Positions 10,453 to 18,711 of a stretch of 64,000 bases of DNA are shown in pieces (position 1 is the first letter of the stretch; every line of letters begins with the position of its first letter). The translations under genes were made by a program, and so were the position numbers. The stretch comes from an uncultured delta proteobacterium. GTDB taxonomy: Bacteria > Desulfobacterota > Desulfobacteria > Desulfobacterales > SG8-13. The notes beneath the pieces were generated by a model. It saw only the letters and a program-made list of their open reading frames with translations, was not told the DNA's origin and made no database searches. The stretch spans positions 37,561 to 101,560 of the forward strand of contig CAWBCG010000011.1 in NCBI GenBank assembly GCA_963787235.1, in the 5' to 3' direction.

Positions 10453-11322
10453 GTGAGCCCGAAGACGGCGGCGATCCGGAAATCCTTGGCGAATGTAAAG
10501 GCTTTCCCAAAAACAGCGGTCGAGAACGAAATGATCGTCAGGGGCAGCAGGCAACTTTCAGAACTCTATGACCGGCTCGCACCCGGCGATGTCTACGTCG
10601 GTAAAATCCCCGGCGGTCCCCTGCGGTACACCCGCCTGATCGACCTCATGGAAAGGGGTGTTCATTGTCTGCCGACACCCCTGGCGCAGGCCCTCAATGC
10701 GTCAAAGGCGGCTCAGGCCGCCATTCTCAATGAATGGATGCTGCCTCTCACGCGGGTTGTCCGGCGCCGTGCAGACCTGATCGCGGCTATCGGCATCTAC
10801 CAAAGGCAGGCTGTCGGTCCCGTGGTGACCAAAGAAGACCGCTTGCATTGCGGTCACGGTGTGCGGTACTGGGAGAACATCGAGATTCTCTACAGCTTGG
10901 CAGCCCTTGACAAGTCCTCCTTTCCATTTGTATTGCAGCCTTTTCTGCAGCATTTCAGCGATGTGCGTGTTATTGTCGTGGGCGACTATGTCGAGGCATA
11001 CAGCCGGCACAATCCCGACAATTTTCGCATGAATCTCGCCGTCGGCGGCACGAGCCGACCATTCGTGATGGACACGGACCAGCAGCGGTTCTGCCGGTCG
11101 GTTATGGAAAGGGCCCGGTTTCCTTATGCCCATCTGGATCTGCAGCTGCTCGAAAACGGGCGGTGCTATCTGGCTGAAATGGCTCTCGAGGGTGGCATCA
11201 AGGGAGCGCAGGTTGACCGCCGGTCTCTGGTTAGGATGAAATCGGAGTTGCTCGAGAGAGAGGCGCGCCACATGTGCATCAGTGAGGGGTCGGCAAGAGG
11301 CGGAAGCCAAAAACTTAACTGA
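10453..11322 (+). CDS. ATP-grasp protein, RimK/glutathione-synthetase-like
   Basis: C-terminal half resembles RimK-type ligases (DVRVIVVGDYVEAYSRHNPDNFRMNLAVGG...YAHLDL...CYLAEM). Start uncertain: GTG 10453 or ATG 10531. Confidence 0.6.
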   Translation: MSPKTAAIRKSLANVKAFPKTAVENEMIVRGSRQLSELYDRLAPGDVYVGKIPGGPLRYTRLIDLMERGVHCLPTPLAQALNASKAAQAAILNEWMLPLTRVVRRRADLIAAIGIYQRQAVGPVVTKEDRLHCGHGVRYWENIEILYSLAALDKSSFPFVLQPFLQHFSDVRVIVVGDYVEAYSRHNPDNFRMNLAVGGTSRPFVMDTDQQRFCRSVMERARFPYAHLDLQLLENGRCYLAEMALEGGIKGAQVDRRSLVRMKSELLEREARHMCISEGSARGGSQKLN

Positions 11323-11334
11323 GGGAGGCCGAAT

Positions 11335-11868
11335 TTGACATCAGAGCAAAGTGGAGATTTAGCTGAAAAACGCCGGCCCCAGGTCGGCATCGTCATGGGG
11401 AGTGATTCCGACCTGGATGTCATGAAGGAGACGGTGGCGATCCTGCGCAATTTCGGGGTCGCCTTCGAGATAACCGTGGCTTCGGCCCATCGGACCCCCC
11501 GGCGCGCGGCCGAGTTCGCCGAGTCTGCCAGAAACCGTGGGATTAAAGTGATCATTGCCGGGGCCGGCCACGCCGCGCACCTGGCCGGTGCCATGGCGGC
11601 CCATACGACCTTGCCGGTGATCGGCGTGCCGATCGACTCTTCCGCTTTTCAGGGGCTCGATGCCCTGCTGTCGACGGTACAGATGCCGCCGGGCATCCCA
11701 GTGGCCACCGTTGCCGTCGGCAAACCCGGCGCCGTGAATGCCGGCATTCTGGCTGTTCAGATACTGGCGGTCGGCGATCCGGCGCTGGTCGAAAAATTGG
11801 CCAATCACAAGGCGGCGATGGCGGCCAAGGTCGAGGAAAAAGCGCAGAAACTTGAAGATTACGCCTAA
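11335..11868 (+). CDS. purE: N5-carboxyaminoimidazole ribonucleotide mutase
   Basis: VGIVMGSDSDLDVM, ASAHRTP, IAGAGHAAHLAGAMAAHTTLPVIGVP blocks. TTG start per the ORF track. Confidence 0.9.
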   Translation: MTSEQSGDLAEKRRPQVGIVMGSDSDLDVMKETVAILRNFGVAFEITVASAHRTPRRAAEFAESARNRGIKVIIAGAGHAAHLAGAMAAHTTLPVIGVPIDSSAFQGLDALLSTVQMPPGIPVATVAVGKPGAVNAGILAVQILAVGDPALVEKLANHKAAMAAKVEEKAQKLEDYA

Positions 11869-11946
11869 GATCCGCCCGATCGACCCGCTGCACCCTCATG
11901 CCGACCTGATCGATGCGGCGGTCCGAATCCTCGAAACGCGGAGGGA

Positions 11947-12498
11947 GTGATCGCGTTTCCGACCGGTTCTCTCTATGGCTTGGGGGCGGACGCCCTGAAT
12001 GGCAGTGCCGTGGAGAGGGTGTTCACCATCAAACGGCGGCCTCCCGACAAGCCTCTTCTGATCCTTGTTCCCGACCGCGCCGTTGTTTTCGACCTGGCGG
12101 CCGAGGTACCGCCGGCGGCGAAAAGACTCATGGACCGATTCTGGCCGGGACGGGTGACCATCGTGTTTAAGGCGCTTTCGATCCTGCCCGCCAACCTGAC
12201 GGCCGGTTCCGGTAAGATCGGGATCCGGCTGCCCGGTCATCCGGTCGCCAAGGCCCTGGTGGCGGCGTTCGGTCGCCCGATAACCGGCACCAGCGCCAAT
12301 CCGTCCGGGCACAAGGGCTGTCATCGAATTACCGAACTGGAGCCCAAGATGATCGAGCAACTCGACCTGGTGCTTGACGCCGGTCCGCTAAAAGAAGGCA
12401 TCGGGTCCACTGTGGTCGACATCATCACCGGGGCCGAGCCCATTGTTATCAGAGAGGGGGTTGTGTCCAAACAGGCGATCTTAGCGGCCGTATGCTGA
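11947..12498 (+). CDS. tsaC: L-threonylcarbamoyladenylate synthase (TsaC/YrdC/Sua5 family); the conserved N-terminal segment lies in another frame upstream
   Basis: VIAFPTGSLYGLGADALN, KRRPPDKPLLILV, RLPGHPVAKALV, PITGTSANPSG blocks. The expected N-terminus (KIRPIDPLHPHADLIDAAVRILE) is encoded in a different frame from TTG 11852 and stops at 11948-11950. Confidence 0.8.
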   Translation: MIAFPTGSLYGLGADALNGSAVERVFTIKRRPPDKPLLILVPDRAVVFDLAAEVPPAAKRLMDRFWPGRVTIVFKALSILPANLTAGSGKIGIRLPGHPVAKALVAAFGRPITGTSANPSGHKGCHRITELEPKMIEQLDLVLDAGPLKEGIGSTVVDIITGAEPIVIREGVVSKQAILAAVC

Positions 12499-12630
12499 GC
12501 GCGGCCAATTTTTATTGACGAATATGTCGGATTCCTGTAAAGACATTGGCACTTCTACTGTTCGAGTTTCGCGGCATTCCACAAGTACATTGTGCTGCTG
12601 CACGGAATGTGCGTTTGAGTGCTTAGAGTT

Positions 12631-12717
12631 GCCGGAGTGGTGAAACTGGTAGACGCAGAGGACTCAAAATCCTCCGACCGTAAGGTCATGTCGGTTCGAT
12701 TCCGACCTCCGGCACCA
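12631..12717 (+). tRNA. tRNA-Leu (anticodon CAA)
   Basis: Acceptor GCCGGAG/CTCCGGC. Anticodon stem GAGGA/TCCTC with loop CTCAAAA (CAA at 12665-12667). Long variable arm. T arm CGGTTCGATTCCG. Encoded CCA. Confidence 0.9.
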
Positions 12718-13197
12718 TCAATTAAATCAATTGGTTAGGTAAAAAAACCGAAACCCTTTTCGTTGACATCGCGTATAAAATTCTGGATTTTACCCCTCAT
12801 AGGCCCCTCACTTAAAAATACGCCTAAGTACAAGTAAACCAACTGCAAGCGCTTTCAAATTCGTGATAGGACACCGATATGCATCAAATGAGGGATGTGG
12901 CCGATGAGAAGGACAAGCTGTAAACGATGAGGCTTCTGGAAGGTTACAGATCCTGCGAGGTCAATACCGCATTTAGTGACCAAAATGCTCGATTGCCTTG
13001 ATAATATATTGAAATAATAGCTAAAAATGGCTGACTTGTATTCTTGAGGTAATCAGCAGAAAAAATGGTTGCGAAGGCCGTACTCCATTATTGGTTAATG
13101 ATAACGATAAGTTGGGGAAGCGGTTAGTGCAGGAAGCAACAATAGCGGATGCTATGTACCACTCCTGGCTGGATTCTCGTTTTTAGTCGTATTTCGC

Positions 13198-14067
13198 TTA
13201 TCGGCCATTTCCCTCGGTCAAACCTTTCAAGAGATAGTCGAAATAGATTACCAGTCGGTCATAATCGAGTCGACCAAATCTGTCACTGTTTAGGACGTCA
13301 ACCGCAATCCGATGGCCTTGGGCACGTTGGGATTCTCTTTTAAGAATTTCTATCAAGATCGCCTTTGTTGAAGTCGAGGAAATCTTAGACATGTCCCGCC
13401 CCAGAAACTGTGCTGAACCCAGGTCGTAATCATAATTTTCGGCCTCTACAATATCCATAGCTTCGTTAAACAATCGGTCTACGTTGCCTGCATCGAGATA
13501 ATTTTGGATAATAAAGAACAGGTCTGGTGCGTCCTTCCTGCGCCTTTCTGGATTATCGTCCCATGCGATCAATTTGAGAATTGCGAGTCCGGCCAGACTG
13601 ACCACCGGTACTACGACGTCAGGGTGTTCGGCTAACTTGACTGAGATTGATTCACGATAGCATTCCTCAAAACCTGCGACACTCATTTTGAAGCTGCCAT
13701 CTGGCGGCCATGAAATATGGTCATCATCTTCGGTTACACCACCAAACGGAACAATGTCTACTGGCAATCGATCCTTGAAAATGAGACGATGCTTCTTTTG
13801 TCCCGGTTCAAAATCGGAGGATTTGAGCAACGCTTTCTTGATGTGATCGAACTGAGTCCAGTTTTCAAGAATCACGGCGATGTCGATATCTGCAGTGGCG
13901 CGTCTCGAGATAAAACCGTGAGCAGCCTCGAGAAGAAGGTCCCGAGCTGTTGCTCCGACAACAAAAAACAAAATTCGTTCTTTTAGAGTGATATTTTGAA
14001 TTTGATTCAGAGCAGATACGATCAACGGATCAATCTTCCCGCACAAGTCCAGCGATGTGCTTGTCAT
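13198..14067 (-). CDS. Nucleotidyltransferase, candidate AbiEii-like toxin partner
   Basis: 289-aa ORF with an NTase signature (VVGATARD...ATADIDIAV...PVDIVPFGG). Overlaps the upstream AbiEi-like gene by 38 nt. Lies in the AT-rich islet. Confidence 0.55.
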   Translation of the reverse strand: MTSTSLDLCGKIDPLIVSALNQIQNITLKERILFFVVGATARDLLLEAAHGFISRRATADIDIAVILENWTQFDHIKKALLKSSDFEPGQKKHRLIFKDRLPVDIVPFGGVTEDDDHISWPPDGSFKMSVAGFEECYRESISVKLAEHPDVVVPVVSLAGLAILKLIAWDDNPERRRKDAPDLFFIIQNYLDAGNVDRLFNEAMDIVEAENYDYDLGSAQFLGRDMSKISSTSTKAILIEILKRESQRAQGHRIAVDVLNSDRFGRLDYDRLVIYFDYLLKGLTEGNGR

Positions 14068-15052
14068 AAATCATCTCCGCGGCTTCGATGTTTCTTGGAT
14101 CACCAGTGGTTATCAAATCAGCGTACACCAAAAGGGGAGGGACGATTCCAGTTTTGGCCTCCTTCCAGTGGAAATTCCAAAATGGCTTTAGAATTTCCAC
14201 ATTACCTTTAGGATCTTTCTGTAGCTTGTATTTAAAGACAAGTTTTCCAGGCGGTTTATTGCTGTAGATGACGAATTTTTCGGGTTTGAGATATCCGGTC
14301 ATTTTGGCTGCGGCAATTTCACCACCCCAAAATGCATTAAAATCTGTCGGAATAATATCCTGCCACCACAACTGGGTATCCACCCTGAATTTATCTTTAA
14401 CGAGTTTGGGCCTCAATTGTTCTGGGTAGGCTTCGACCCATCGCCGAAGCAAATCGGTCTTGTTGATTAGCCTCCGCCCCGCTTTGCCTTGGTCTACAAT
14501 AAAGCCTGTGTCTTTCAGGTCATATATCACCCAGCCAACAGTGCCCAAGGCAACCCCTGCCTCGTTGGCAATATCACGATATGGCTTATTTTCGCCCCCG
14601 GGATGATTCAAAAGCACGAAAAGCACCCGCAGCCCGCTTGGTTTGAAGAGTCGCTTTGTGCGGTCACCTTTAAATTCCTCCGTGGGCTTGTTTCCCTTGA
14701 TATAAACATACAAAGAGGGCTTTTTAATGAATGCATTGCCAGCTGCATCAATGAAGGGGATTTCCTGCTCTTTTAAGTCATTTGCAAGCTCGGGATTTAC
14801 ATAATCCGTAACTAGTAGGATTCGGCCCAACTTGAGCTTCTCCCAATTAAACAGTCCTATAATGGTACGATTGATCCGCCGTTTTATTTCAGCAGCAAAT
14901 TCAAGCGCCTGATTCCCATGTTCAATTCGGACTATTCCATCCGGAAATTTGCGCCCATCCACCACGCCCGGACGATAATCCGCCTGCAGGCCTGTTGCAT
15001 CTTGAAACGCCTTCACAGCTCGTAATGCAATCGTTTTCTCAGTGGCTGTCAT
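14030..15052 (-). CDS. AbiEi-like antitoxin / wHTH transcriptional regulator (type IV TA / abortive-infection family)
   Basis: 340-aa ORF. Central wHTH-like segment (YRDIANEAGVALGTVGWVIYDLKDTGFIV). The C-terminal VPPLLVYADLITTGDPRNIEAAEMIY block is one I recognise from AbiEi_3-type proteins. Family assignment is from memory, not a search. Confidence 0.55.
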   Translation of the reverse strand: MTATEKTIALRAVKAFQDATGLQADYRPGVVDGRKFPDGIVRIEHGNQALEFAAEIKRRINRTIIGLFNWEKLKLGRILLVTDYVNPELANDLKEQEIPFIDAAGNAFIKKPSLYVYIKGNKPTEEFKGDRTKRLFKPSGLRVLFVLLNHPGGENKPYRDIANEAGVALGTVGWVIYDLKDTGFIVDQGKAGRRLINKTDLLRRWVEAYPEQLRPKLVKDKFRVDTQLWWQDIIPTDFNAFWGGEIAAAKMTGYLKPEKFVIYSNKPPGKLVFKYKLQKDPKGNVEILKPFWNFHWKEAKTGIVPPLLVYADLITTGDPRNIEAAEMIYDKHIAGLVRED

Positions 15053-15080
15053 AAACCGACCTTTTGTTCAAAATATAGTT

Positions 15081-15118
15081 TTGTACATTATTAATGAACA
15101 TACATAAATTTTGAACAA
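15081..15118 (-). promoter_or_regulatory. Candidate operator/promoter unit upstream of the AbiEi-like gene (copy 1 of a 38-nt unit)
   Basis: TTGTACATTATT (15081-15092) and AATTTTGAACAA (15107-15118), 29-66 nt from the start codon at 15052. The same two 12-mers recur with identical spacing at 15304-15341. Confidence 0.3.
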
Positions 15119-15303
15119 TTGTCAATATCAAAACTTAAATTTGAAACATTAATATTTCGTAACTTAATGCAATCCGTTACACAAATAATCTAGTATCTTA
15201 GAAAAATCCTCTGGCAAGATTTGAAAGGGTCGTGTTGGCCTTATTCACGTCTCTAACATGCTTTAATTTCAGCCAATCAAAGAGGCGTGTTCAACATTTA
15301 AAA

Positions 15304-15341
15304 TTGTACATTATTTTTGTACGATCATTAATTTTGAACAA
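15304..15341 (-). promoter_or_regulatory. Second copy of the 38-nt TTGTACATTATT...AATTTTGAACAA unit
   Basis: Exact 12-mers at 15304-15315 and 15330-15341, again 26 nt apart start to start, 223 nt from copy 1. Confidence 0.3.
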
Positions 15342-15524
15342 CTTGGAGGATGTGGAGATTCAAAGGTCGTTATAAATATTCGGAGTACACAAGGAGTAGG
15401 CAGTTTCCTCCATAGTGTATTCTGCGGAATTTTAAGGTACCCTGCGTTAGATGGGACAGGGCAGATAACTATTTTAGATTGTCAGAAAAGTTAATGACAT
15501 CCTTCTGTTAGCGCTGATAGTGTT

Positions 15525-15573
15525 TTGGCCTTTCACGCCGGCAACACCGGTTCAAATCCGGTTGGGGACGCCA
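15525..15573 (+). pseudogene. 3' fragment of tRNA-Glu (TTC): anticodon arm to CCA, no 5' half
   Basis: TTGGC-CTTTCAC-GCCGG anticodon arm (TTC at 15532-15534), T arm CACCGG-TTCAAAT-CCGGTT, acceptor 3' strand GGGGACGCCA as in bacterial tRNA-Glu. The upstream 26 nt cannot form an acceptor or D arm. Confidence 0.65.
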
Positions 15574-15586
15574 CGAATAAAAACAA

Positions 15587-15617
15587 GGGCTTACAATAGA
15601 TTGTGAGTCCTTTTTTT
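15587..15617 (+). terminator. Intrinsic terminator downstream of the tRNA-Glu fragment
   Basis: GGGCTTACAA / TTGTGAGTCC imperfect hairpin followed by TTTTTTT (15611-15617). Confidence 0.55.
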
Positions 15618-16929
15618 ATACCCCAAAATTCCCGCCCCCATCACTATCCCCATCACCCGTCATCCGCGTAAAAGTACGAACAGGTACAATAATTGTTATA
15701 TCTTGGCTCTCTAGTTGCGCCCTCGTCACTATTATTTTAGTGGAATCGATAGATATTGAAATTGCAAGCGCTTGCAATGCCGGCCGCTGCAAAACAACAA
15801 AAACAAGGCCGTTGATGACACTGCTCAATCTAGTAGTCTCGTCGCTGAGATACCTATCAGTCTCCAGTGCACATTACGTGGTCGATGACACCCCGCATCG
15901 ATTTTGATTTTCCCAACAGCCACCATCCGATAGGGCAGACGTCCCAACCATTTTCTGGGTGTGGATTCGGTCTTGATTTCCGGTTCGGTCATAGTCTCGG
16001 TGTCCAATTTAATGGCGGAATTATAGAAATTGCGTTGGGTCTTCCAGTCCGGTCACTTTCGCTGAGAATCAGTCTGCCAGTACGGCCACCAACATCCATT
16101 CGGATTCCTCTGTTAGGTGTGCGGTCTCGGAGCCATTAGTTCGGCTCGGTACTGTAAAAGGTCAATGACCCTGTCTGTAATCATTGCCACTCTTTCTTCG
16201 GCCTCCCCAGTTTACGGTGAATCACCATTTCAAAGTCTGGTTCCAGGATGATCCGCTGGTTCTGGGCGGGGAACCGGTCACCTATTGGTGGTTGACAAAT
16301 AAAATGGCGGTGGTACTGACATATGAGAGAACGCTCAAAAATCTGAAGTTTTTATAACAGACGAATCCCATCGAATGGGGATGATGGGATGTACTGTTTG
16401 GAAATCATATTGAAGGCCAAATTAACGAAAGGATAGTTTGTTGGCCTTTTCGTTGGGAGAATATTAAGTGAAAAAAGAGGATATGGGAGACATATTAACG
16501 TCGTTTTTTTTTTGAGTTCGAGTTCTTTTTTTATCGTTTTGGGAAGTTCTTCTATATAGGTATGAAAAATTGAGATGTCCGAACCTGGACGATCGGGTTT
16601 CAAACGACGACCGCGACTGCCATTAGCTGATTAATTGGCCATCAACCGGTTCTTACAGAAGACGCTTTTCTTCCGTTCTTAAATGCATTCTATTCTCTCC
16701 ACAGACGCCCCGTAGCTTATAACCCCCCCCAATTCTTTACAAAAATAGCATTCCGCGGTAAAATATAACATATAGATTCATTTAAGTGGTGCTTTCGGTA
16801 GGTTTATTTTTAGGCGCACACTTTTGTTGCCGTCCACGGTGGTCGATTTTCTCACTAATTTCTGGGACAATCGACCCAAAGATCCATTTTTACTGCGGAT
16901 GCGCGATAATAACCAAACGGGATTTTCAG

Positions 16930-18711
16930 ATGCGTGCATCAACCAGAAAACATGACCACTGGATGGACTCGATCGTGGTCACCGGTGTCGGTTTGGCCGC
17001 CCTTTATTGGGTGTGCGAATCCTTTATGTTCTTTTTCCTGGCACCGGAAGCCAATATTTTTCACCACATCCTGGGACCGAACCTGTTTGAAGTTTGGACG
17101 CGGCTGCTGGTGCTGTGCATCTTTGTCATATTCGTCTCCCATGTGCGGCAGGACATCAACAAACGCCGGCTGGCCTTCGAAAAGATGCGGGAGCAGGATG
17201 AGAAATACCGTTTGATCGTCGAAAACATCGATGAGGGCTTTTTTGAACTGGACCTGGAAGGGCGCTTTTCTTTCGTCAGCGACCCGGCCTGCGAGATTCT
17301 CGGTTATCGCTCTGACGAGTTGATCGGTACGAAACTGAGCGCATCGAGCTCGCCGGAAAACGCGGCTGACATTGACCGGATACTTGAGCGGGTTTTTCGC
17401 ACCGGCGAATCTTCGCGTGCGACCGAGGTTCTCGTGATCCGCAAAGACGATTCGGAGGTGACGCTTGAATTGTCCGTATACCCCTTGCGCAATACCGAAG
17501 GACAGCCGATCGGCTGCCGCGGCATGGTGCGGGATGTATCCGAAAGGATAGAGAGCGAAAAAGAGAAGGCGAAACTCGAGAATCAGTTGATCATGGCCCA
17601 GAAGATGGAGGCCATCGGCAATTTGGCCGGCGGCATCGCGCACGATTTCAACAACATTCTCATGGGCATGCAGGGCAATGCCTCCCTGATGCTCCTGACC
17701 CTCGACAGTCATCATCCGCATTATGCGAAAGTCAAGGCTATAGAACGGTATGTCGAAAGCGGTGCCGCCCTGACCAGGCAACTGTTGGGGTTCGCCCGGG
17801 GGGGCAAGTACGAGGTCAAGATCACCAAACTCGATGAACTGGTTCGCAGGACGGCCCGAATGTTCGGCCGTACCAAAAAAGAGATTCGCATACACACCGA
17901 CGGGCTCGCCGGCGTGAGGTCAGTCGAAGTCGACCAGTCCCAGATCGAACAGGTTCTGCTCAACATCCTCGTGAATGCATGGCACGCGATGCCGGGCGGC
18001 GGCGAGATCTTTCTGAAAACGGCAAATGTCGACATCGATACGACGGTCGTGCGGCCCTATCGGATCGAAACCGGCCCTTATGTGTGCATGTCGATTACAG
18101 ACACCGGTATCGGCATGGATCAGGCCACCCAGCAGCGTATTTTCGAGCCCTTTTTTACGACCAAGGAGATGGGCCGCGGAACCGGTCTGGGCTTGGCCTC
18201 GGCTTATGGGATCATTAAAAATCACGGCGGATTTATCGAGGCGGACAGCGCCCCGGACGAGGGCTCAACGTTCCACATCTACCTGCCGGCATCGGGCAAG
18301 GCGGTTCTCGAGGAAGAAGAAAGCGTCAGCGAACTTTTCATGGGAGATGAAACGGTGCTGCTGATCGATGACGAACAGGTAATCATCGAGGTCGGGCAGG
18401 AAATTCTCAAGGCGCTCGGTTACAACGTGCTGGTGGCGACCAGCGGCCATGAGGCGCTGAAGATCTTCCGGCGCAAGAAGGACGCCATCGCCCTGGTCAT
18501 TCTGGACATGGTCATGCCGGGGTTGAGCGGCGGGGAGACCTTCGACCAGCTTAAAACCATAAAGCCCGATGTGCGGGTACTGCTCTGCAGCGGCTATAGC
18601 CTCAGCGGCCAGGCAACGGAAATTCTCGAGCGCGGCTGCAGCGGTTTTATCCAGAAGCCTTTCAAACTAAAGGAGCTGTCCGTAAAGCTGAGGGAAATAT
18701 TGGATCAATAG
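16930..18711 (+). CDS. Hybrid sensor histidine kinase (2-TM N-terminal module, PAS, HisKA-like, HATPase_c, C-terminal receiver)
   Basis: The ATG at 16930 precedes the TM module. [14 protein letters not shown]-box. DTGIGMD...GTGLGLA ATPase blocks. Receiver VLLIDDE...LVILDMVMPGLSG. Close paralog of 40176-42137. Confidence 0.85.
   Translation: MRASTRKHDHWMDSIVVTGVGLAALYWVCESFMFFFLAPEANIFHHILGPNLFEVWTRLLVLCIFVIFVSHVRQDINKRRLAFEKMREQDEKYRLIVENIDEGFFELDLEGRFSFVSDPACEILGYRSDELIGTKLSASSSPENAADIDRILERVFRTGESSRATEVLVIRKDDSEVTLELSVYPLRNTEGQPIGCRGMVRDVSERIESEKEKAKLENQLIMAQKMEAIGNLAGGIAHDFNNILMGMQGNASLMLLTLDSHHPHYAKVKAIERYVESGAALTRQLLGFARGGKYEVKITKLDELVRRTARMFGRTKKEIRIHTDGLAGVRSVEVDQSQIEQVLLNILVNAWHAMPGGGEIFLKTANVDIDTTVVRPYRIETGPYVCMSITDTGIGMDQATQQRIFEPFFTTKEMGRGTGLGLASAYGIIKNHGGFIEADSAPDEGSTFHIYLPASGKAVLEEEESVSELFMGDETVLLIDDEQVIIEVGQEILKALGYNVLVATSGHEALKIFRRKKDAIALVILDMVMPGLSGGETFDQLKTIKPDVRVLLCSGYSLSGQATEILERGCSGFIQKPFKLKELSVKLREILDQ

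Noticed and set aside
12546-12561. TGGCACTTCTACTGT upstream of tRNA-Leu as a sigma-54 promoter
   Set aside because: The -12 position has GT instead of GC, and a sigma-54 promoter for a tRNA gene is implausible.
15618-16340. Possible integrase or transposase remnant on the minus strand (fragments such as GDRFPAQNQRIILEPDFEMVIHRKLGRPKKEWQ and the 60- and 70-aa ORFs at 15616-16007)
   Set aside because: The fragments are short, interrupted by stops in every frame, and I could not match them to any recombinase or transposase motif. I treat the region only as decayed DNA within the islet.
16352-16603. 83-aa minus-strand ORF
   Set aside because: It lies in an AT-rich, low-complexity stretch with a poly-T/A run. 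It has no RBS or motifs and its composition is atypical for the genome.
16786-16929. N-terminal 48-aa extension of the first hybrid kinase in the ORF track
   Set aside because: It starts at a non-ATG codon and its composition is Cys-rich and non-protein-like. The paralogs begin shortly before the conserved TM module, so ATG 16930 is preferred.
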